A DNA stretch of 64,000 nt, taken from assembly GCA_016788785.1 (NCBI GenBank), contig JAEUSM010000015.1:45253-109252 (forward strand), in the 5' to 3' direction. A program made the position numbers and the translations under genes. Within the stretch, counting starts at the first letter, position 1. Every line of letters starts with the position of its first letter. The stretch is from Candidatus Kapaibacterium sp. GTDB taxonomy: Bacteria; Bacteroidota; Ignavibacteria; Kapaibacteriales; JAEUSM01. The notes beneath the pieces are model-generated. The model ran no database searches, was not told where the DNA came from, and saw only the letters and a list, made by a program, of their open reading frames with translations. Positions 59,911 through 64,000 of the stretch are shown here, in pieces.

Positions 59911-62900
59911 ATGCTTAGATACAAACATTTTGCATTGTTACTTGGAATGTTCTTTTGTGTTTGTCCATTTGTTGGACTTTCACAATTGCAAGTTTCTGTA
60001 GTATTGCCAATGCAAATGCCTGCAGAAATCAGTGAATGGCAAACAAATCCAGCCTTAGTTCAAATTATCATTACTTCACTACCTGGTACACCCGAGTTTC
60101 CATCTGCTCGATGCGAATTTGTTCTTCGTAATGCGGATAATCAACAAGCTGTTGTATCAACAAAAACAAATCACCCATCTTTACAAAGATTCCCAATTTC
60201 GGCGGGACCCTCTACACAAATTCGATTTGGACGCGATATTGTTCAGATGAATTCGTTAAATATCAACCAAGAATACCAAACAAACTTTTTAGCAACTAAT
60301 TCACTTCCAGAAGGAAACTACGAATTTTGTTTAGAAATTTATGATGATAGATCCAACCAATTAATCTATTCATCAACGTTACAGGGAATTTGTACACCCT
60401 TTATCGTTGTTGTTCCAGATCCACCGTCACTCATCCTTCCAGCAGATGAAGATGTTATCTTGTCCAATTATCCAGTGTTTTCGTGGACACCAGTTATGAT
60501 CGGTGATGGTTCGCCAGTTCGATATAATCTAAAAATTGTTCCGTTATTTCAAGGCCAAAATGCACGATTTGCCTTAGATTATAACGAGGTTTTGGCTGAA
60601 GTGAAAGATATACAATCCAATTCGTATATGTATTCGCCAACCGAAAGACCGTTTATACATTATCCACAAGCAATTGGATTTGCATGGCAAGTTCAAGCAG
60701 TTTCACTTCAAGGCTTACCGGTTACGAGGAACAATGGAAAAAGTGAATTGTTTACCTTCTTTTTAACCAAAGATACTGTTTCCACAACTGTTATTGATGA
60801 TGAAATTGAAACTGAACCAGATATGGTTCAACCAGAATATATTCCAAATAAAAAACGTTCAATACAATTTGGGGAATTTTGGGTAACTATTGCAAATGAT
60901 ATTGATTGTAATTCATGTATATTGAATATTGATGGTTTTGCGTTCTTACCGTTTTTAAATGATTCTGTTCGTGTAACGTTGGTGAATGTACCAATTACGA
61001 ATGTTGATAAGCCATACTATGTTGCATTATCTGGTGAAGCCTCCAACAATTTCCAATTTTCAACAAAAACAAAAAATTCTGTATCAATTCAACTTTCTTC
61101 TTTGAAACTAACACCAAGTTCTGCTAAGGTTACAGTTTCAACTGGAATGAATTGGCAATCTTTTGGGTGGATGAACGGTGAAAATGTTTCACAACCAACT
61201 GAAGTATTAATTACACCAAAAGGGTTTGAATATGGCATTGCATTGGATATTCCATGGAAACGAAATGGCAACCAGATCGGGTTAAATTCCCTTTTTGAAG
61301 CAACTATCGATTCAATCTACTCATCAATATCATTTTCAAAAGTAGAAGTTGATGGTTCTTTCAAACTGTGTCCAGCCAAAAATTCTACCTCATCAACAAA
61401 AATAGATTTTGATTGTGTTGCTACTTTAATAGATTTAAGTGCAAATCAAGCGTTAGTTTTATTTGAAAAAGTATTGCGACCAATAGACATTGTTACATCA
61501 ACAACTACAATCTCATCAACTGCTTTTGCGATTGAACTTTCTACAATCAAAGCAATTACTAACGACAAAACTGGAAACGAATGGAGAGGTATTCAACTTT
61601 TTGAATCAATTGGAACATTGTCCGTAAAACCTCCATTTGCACCTCGCTTTCCTATGAAGGTTGCATCAACAAAAGTATTGGTTACACCAACTTCAAATTC
61701 CTTCGTTTATTCTGGGACATTTGGAGTAGATTCACTTTCGTGTTCGTATGGGGGCTTCCCACTAATTGCGAATAAGGGTTCAATAACACTCGACAACAAT
61801 CAAAGTTCAGGTGAACCATTTGCAGGAAGCATTTCTGTGTTATCAGCGTCTAAGCCTTCAACGTGGACTGATTTGGAAACTATTCCTGTTGAAATTTTGC
61901 TTGACCAAGACCTTCAATTGCAATTACGATTAGGAAAAAAATCAAATGAACAAGGTAATATTGCCTCGTTACCACTAAAATTTACGGGTATTGATGATAC
62001 CTTGAACTTGAATTTGTCAAAAGGTGCAATCAATGTTCAAAGTGAATCTGAAGCAACACTAACCTTCTTATCGCCAACAGTTTCGAACGAAAGTACCAAC
62101 CAACAATTACCATTAGACAATATAGTTTTCAAAAGTAATTCAAATACAATTTCACAAATTAGATCAAATTCAAATGCTACTTCTGGGAGCGACTTTTCGT
62201 TACAAGGAGCAATGTTGTCCATACAATCTTCGCAATTTTCTTATACTTCTCCAAAAGAATATGCTTTATTATTAGATGGAGTTATAAAAGGAATAGGTAA
62301 AAAAATGCCTGAAAAATTAGCAACTGTACCTTTTTCTATGTTACAATTGTCTACAATTTCTCCAATAACATCAAAAAGTGTTTCTTTTGATTTTGGATAT
62401 AACAATGAATTACGTGCAATTGGAAATGCAAGTATTGTTCAAGAGCAATTTGGTGGTAAAAAGTTTTTCGGACTTAAGGGAAATGCCCAAGTTTCACTTC
62501 AACAACCTGTTTCAATTAACGATGTAAAGGGAACATTCTATTTCGGGTCACTTGAGGAGAAACCATTTTGGTATGTTTCTAATGTACGATCTCCACTTTC
62601 CACTGATGAGACATTATCTCCATCTCAAACTCAACAGCGTTCTGCATTTTTCTCGCAATATCTGCAGAACCAATCTCAACAAAACAATACAAATCTACCT
62701 TCGATTGGTAGTTTTGAGATAGAAAAGTTACTTTTTGGAATTGGTTCGGTTGAAAATATAAGTGCAAATGATGATGTTCATTCAGCCTTGTATTTAGACG
62801 CAAATCATTCAATAGATACAAAGACAAATTACAAATTTGCAAGTTATACTTATTCAAAAAATAACGTCATTCAAACGGTCGAAGGGCAATTACAACTCGG

Positions 62901-64000
62901 ACAACGTTGTGTTTTCTCGTTGCAATCAGCAAAATCCGAGCAATTGGCAAATCGTTCTCAGCTTACATTTGTTGGTGAAGGTAACATCAATCTATCTTCG
63001 AAAGAGTCAACGAAAGCAAAAGTGCTCATTGAACACTCGAATGATGAAACTACAATTACTGTTTCAGAAGTAACTGGTTCAATTTCAGTTTCTTCAACCT
63101 TCAATGAACCTTTACGCACATCAAATACAGATATTCATTTTGATAATGCCACTATGGTTGTTTCTCCTTATGGACTGGAAGCAGTCAGTGGGGTAACAGT
63201 TTCATCCATTTATGGTACAGAGGGAAATGACCCAAGTTTCATAGCAATCCAAAAGAAACCAGTTTCAAATCTAGTATTGGATATTGCTTCCAAAGACCAG
63301 TTACTTGTAATTGCTAACGTCCAAGGAACCATTATAACTTCATACGATGATGACCCTTGCACCCAATGGGGAACGCTTAAAGGAATTTCACCACAAGGAA
63401 TTTTGGCAAATCCAGGAACTCAATCTGTTTCTACGTTTTCCGTTGGTGAATTATCTGAATGCGGCACTCCAGTGAGTGCATATCAACATGGTAATTTCTC
63501 ATTGTGCTTTTCTTCAATGTCGAATGAATTTTCTTGCACAACACCCTTGACAATAAGTGCAAACAATTCTGTTCAATCGTTTTCTGTAGGATCTTGTACA
63601 AATTGTACTTCCTTTGAACAAAAAATTGCATCTTCAAAAAAATCTCTAAAAAATACCAAACCAACCTTATTGGTTCTTGAGCAAAAACCGCATAAAGGTG
63701 CAACAGAAGTTGATGCGATTATTCAACCAACGTTTCGATATGCTGTTAGCAATGTTCAAAAAACCTCAAACAACAGTAAAAATGGCAATGTATCATTAGA
63801 ATTTGGCTCAGAAAGTACTTCTAAGTATCAATTTGATTCTTTGTCGACGGAATATTATATTGTTGAAAATGGCAAAAACACGTTGTTACATTCACCTGAA
63901 TTTTCACCATGTTCTCAGTATCAGATGAGAGTATTTGTTTTTCTTCGTGACAAAGATACTCAACAACGATTGATGCTTTCTGATACTATTTCTTGGTCTA
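59911..64000 (+). CDS. Very large secreted protein, N-terminal at least 1363 aa (open to the window end)
   Basis: Manual translation from ATG 59911 gives an uninterrupted frame to position 64000. N-terminus MLRYKHFALLLGMFFCVCPFVGLS is signal-like. Ser/Thr/Asn-rich beta-type composition. It is missing from the ORF track because no stop lies in the window, and only short spurious ORFs are tracked in this interval. Confidence 0.6.
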   Translation, partial: MLRYKHFALLLGMFFCVCPFVGLSQLQVSVVLPMQMPAEISEWQTNPALVQIIITSLPGTPEFPSARCEFVLRNADNQQAVVSTKTNHPSLQRFPISAGPSTQIRFGRDIVQMNSLNINQEYQTNFLATNSLPEGNYEFCLEIYDDRSNQLIYSSTLQGICTPFIVVVPDPPSLILPADEDVILSNYPVFSWTPVMIGDGSPVRYNLKIVPLFQGQNARFALDYNEVLAEVKDIQSNSYMYSPTERPFIHYPQAIGFAWQVQAVSLQGLPVTRNNGKSELFTFFLTKDTVSTTVIDDEIETEPDMVQPEYIPNKKRSIQFGEFWVTIANDIDCNSCILNIDGFAFLPFLNDSVRVTLVNVPITNVDKPYYVALSGEASNNFQFSTKTKNSVSIQLSSLKLTPSSAKVTVSTGMNWQSFGWMNGENVSQPTEVLITPKGFEYGIALDIPWKRNGNQIGLNSLFEATIDSIYSSISFSKVEVDGSFKLCPAKNSTSSTKIDFDCVATLIDLSANQALVLFEKVLRPIDIVTSTTTISSTAFAIELSTIKAITNDKTGNEWRGIQLFESIGTLSVKPPFAPRFPMKVASTKVLVTPTSNSFVYSGTFGVDSLSCSYGGFPLIANKGSITLDNNQSSGEPFAGSISVLSASKPSTWTDLETIPVEILLDQDLQLQLRLGKKSNEQGNIASLPLKFTGIDDTLNLNLSKGAINVQSESEATLTFLSPTVSNESTNQQLPLDNIVFKSNSNTISQIRSNSNATSGSDFSLQGAMLSIQSSQFSYTSPKEYALLLDGVIKGIGKKMPEKLATVPFSMLQLSTISPITSKSVSFDFGYNNELRAIGNASIVQEQFGGKKFFGLKGNAQVSLQQPVSINDVKGTFYFGSLEEKPFWYVSNVRSPLSTDETLSPSQTQQRSAFFSQYLQNQSQQNNTNLPSIGSFEIEKLLFGIGSVENISANDDVHSALYLDANHSIDTKTNYKFASYTYSKNNVIQTVEGQLQLGQRCVFSLQSAKSEQLANRSQLTFVGEGNINLSSKESTKAKVLIEHSNDETTITVSEVTGSISVSSTFNEPLRTSNTDIHFDNATMVVSPYGLEAVSGVTVSSIYGTEGNDPSFIAIQKKPVSNLVLDIASKDQLLVIANVQGTIITSYDDDPCTQWGTLKGISPQGILANPGTQSVSTFSVGELSECGTPVSAYQHGNFSLCFSSMSNEFSCTTPLTISANNSVQSFSVGSCTNCTSFEQKIASSKKSLKNTKPTLLVLEQKPHKGATEVDAIIQPTFRYAVSNVQKTSNNSKNGNVSLEFGSESTSKYQFDSLSTEYYIVENGKNTLLHSPEFSPCSQYQMRVFVFLRDKDTQQRLMLSDTISWS

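Noticed and set aside
1-64000. CRISPR arrays, transposases, integrases and phage genes.
   Set aside because: No regularly spaced direct repeats and no DDE transposase, tyrosine or serine recombinase motifs were seen on either strand. The only repeats are the paralogous genes, their shared upstream elements and the 20-bp duplication.

Overview
This is a low-GC (about 35-40%) bacterial chromosomal window. The gene content points to the Fibrobacteres-Chlorobi-Bacteroidetes (FCB) lineage: several giant secreted proteins end in type IX secretion system (T9SS) C-terminal sorting domains, there is a PorV-like outer-membrane protein, and many lipoproteins and beta-barrels. Housekeeping genes are well supported by motifs: folP, hom plus a MetB/MetC-like PLP enzyme behind a SAM-I riboswitch, gyrA, queC-trmD-rimM-lipA, pdxA, aspartate kinase, lpdA, an RRM RNA-binding protein, a PgpH-like 7TM-HD protein, lipB and tRNA-Gly(GCC). 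The accessory content is dominated by three loci. First, a tandem triad of paralogous giant T9SS cargo proteins (13.2-24.4 kb), with a shared upstream DNA element and an orphan relic of a fourth copy at about 9.8 kb. Second, an Oar-like TonB-dependent receptor, a 1314-aa CTD-bearing cargo protein and a PorV-like beta-barrel (33.9-42.2 kb). Third, a 1362-aa VWA/beta-propeller protein with a C-terminal beta-barrel-like domain, and downstream of tRNA-Gly a 2OG-oxygenase, a small secreted protein and a very large secreted ORF that runs off the window. I saw no CRISPR array, transposase, integrase or rRNA.
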